This document shows, one piece after another, positions 63,231 to 64,000 of a stretch of DNA of 64,000 nucleotides (position 1 is its first letter; every line of letters starts with the position of its first letter). Origin of the DNA: Octopus sinensis (taxonomy: Eukaryota). Under the pieces are notes generated by a model. The model had not been told where the DNA came from and did no database searches. It was given only the letters and a program-made list of their open reading frames with translations. The translations under genes were made by a program, and so were the position numbers. The stretch covers positions 105,276,001 through 105,340,000 of the forward strand of contig NC_043004.1 of the NCBI RefSeq assembly GCF_006345805.1, read 5' to 3'.

Positions 63231-63383
63231 AAACTTTTCAGTAATAAAGTGGAAAGTATAATAGATTTTTCCAATGAAGCAGCTTTGAAGATTATTGAGT
63301 TCTCCAAGAGAGTACCCGGATTCAAAGATTTAAACATCAAAGACCGTGTCACTCTTACCAAATCTGCTTGCCTAGAAATAATG
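63231..63383 (+). CDS. RAR: RAR exon: LBD helices 3-5
   Basis: ctctttttag acceptor and ATG|GTAATT donor. Encodes KLFSNKVESIIDFSNEAALKIIEFSKRVPGFKDLNIKDRVTLTKSACLEIM, containing the NR signature F-x-K-x-x-PGF-x-x-L-x-x-x-D. Confidence 0.95.
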
Positions 63384-64000
63384 GTAATTATTTCCATTGT
63401 TATTATTGTTTTTGAAGTTATTAAATTGGTATTTGCTTTGTGTCTAAAAAAAAAAGTTTGTCACTTCTGTTATTGTTTTTCACTAAAAGTATCCCATCAT
63501 TTCATTCTTTCTTTCTTTCTTTTTTTCTGTTGAAAAACTAATATATGCATTATTGGGGTACAGTTTGCCTTTTGAGCAAGTGAACCAATAGGGTTAACAC
63601 AAGTTGTGCACAGTTTAAGGTCATTAGCTATGTGAACCACAGATTAATGACCTGTGCATTCAACTTTGTCAAAACCAATGGTTACTGGGCACTGAAAATA
63701 TCTTACATGATTAAAAACAAATTTCAGCAGAAGGATTAGCAAATTAGGTGGAAATTGAGATGGATCACTCTCTACAAATGGGAGGTGTATTCTTTTGTCT
63801 CCAACCATTAACACATTTGGGTTGTGGAATGAGTAGTGATTGCACACCAAATATAGTCCTACTTCTTTTACTTGTTTCAGTCACTAGGCTGCTGTGGCCA
63901 TGCTGGGGCACCACCTTGAAGAACTTTTAGGCAAATGACTCAACCCCAGGACATTTTTTTTTAGTGTGTCAGAGTCTTTTGCTGAACTGCTAAGTTACAG

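Larger units (their letters stand above)
8735..63383 (+). other. RAR: Retinoic acid receptor (NR1B) gene span, 3' incomplete (remaining LBD exons beyond the window)
   Basis: Six to seven GT-AG exons join in frame. DBD reads [25 protein letters not shown]|[13 protein letters not shown]...[18 protein letters not shown]|AVRSDRNKKKK. The introns after CEGCK (phase 0), in MSKE-A (phase 1) and after CLEIM (phase 0) match vertebrate RAR positions. Confidence 0.9.

Noticed and set aside
63240-63242. Alternative acceptor ttttcag| at 63241
   Set aside because: It would need a phase-2 upstream exon, but both candidate upstream exons end in phase 0.

Overview
AT-rich, repeat-dense animal genomic DNA. 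The repeat families and microsatellite load suggest an octopus or other coleoid cephalopod (inference). The window is almost entirely one plus-strand gene, a retinoic acid receptor (RAR/NR1B) orthologue. Phase-compatible exons: 8735-8829 (probable), 13533-14483 (very large polyQ/polyH/polyP A/B exon), 32702-32874 and 36535-36676 (zinc fingers), 39434-39591 (hinge/helix 1), 59583-59702 (candidate in-frame cassette exon) and 63231-63383 (LBD helices 3-5). The rest of the LBD lies beyond the window. The introns hold three tRNA-headed SINE families, RTE and CR1-group LINE pieces (one with an uninterrupted RT frame), Tc1/mariner, pogo-like, hAT-like, piggyBac-like and Helitron-like non-autonomous elements, and a lone 5S rRNA copy. 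The most unusual signal is a set of short non-coding elements that end in (TA)n and carry type I hammerhead ribozyme folds. One has a fully canonical core with a greatly extended stem II. Three related copies have a U6 core variant, and two more are remnants. Three 210-375 bp head-to-head fold-back palindromes are built from such (TA)n-anchored sequence. Together these resemble a Penelope/retrozyme-like system. All calls are by eye, without database searches or folding software.
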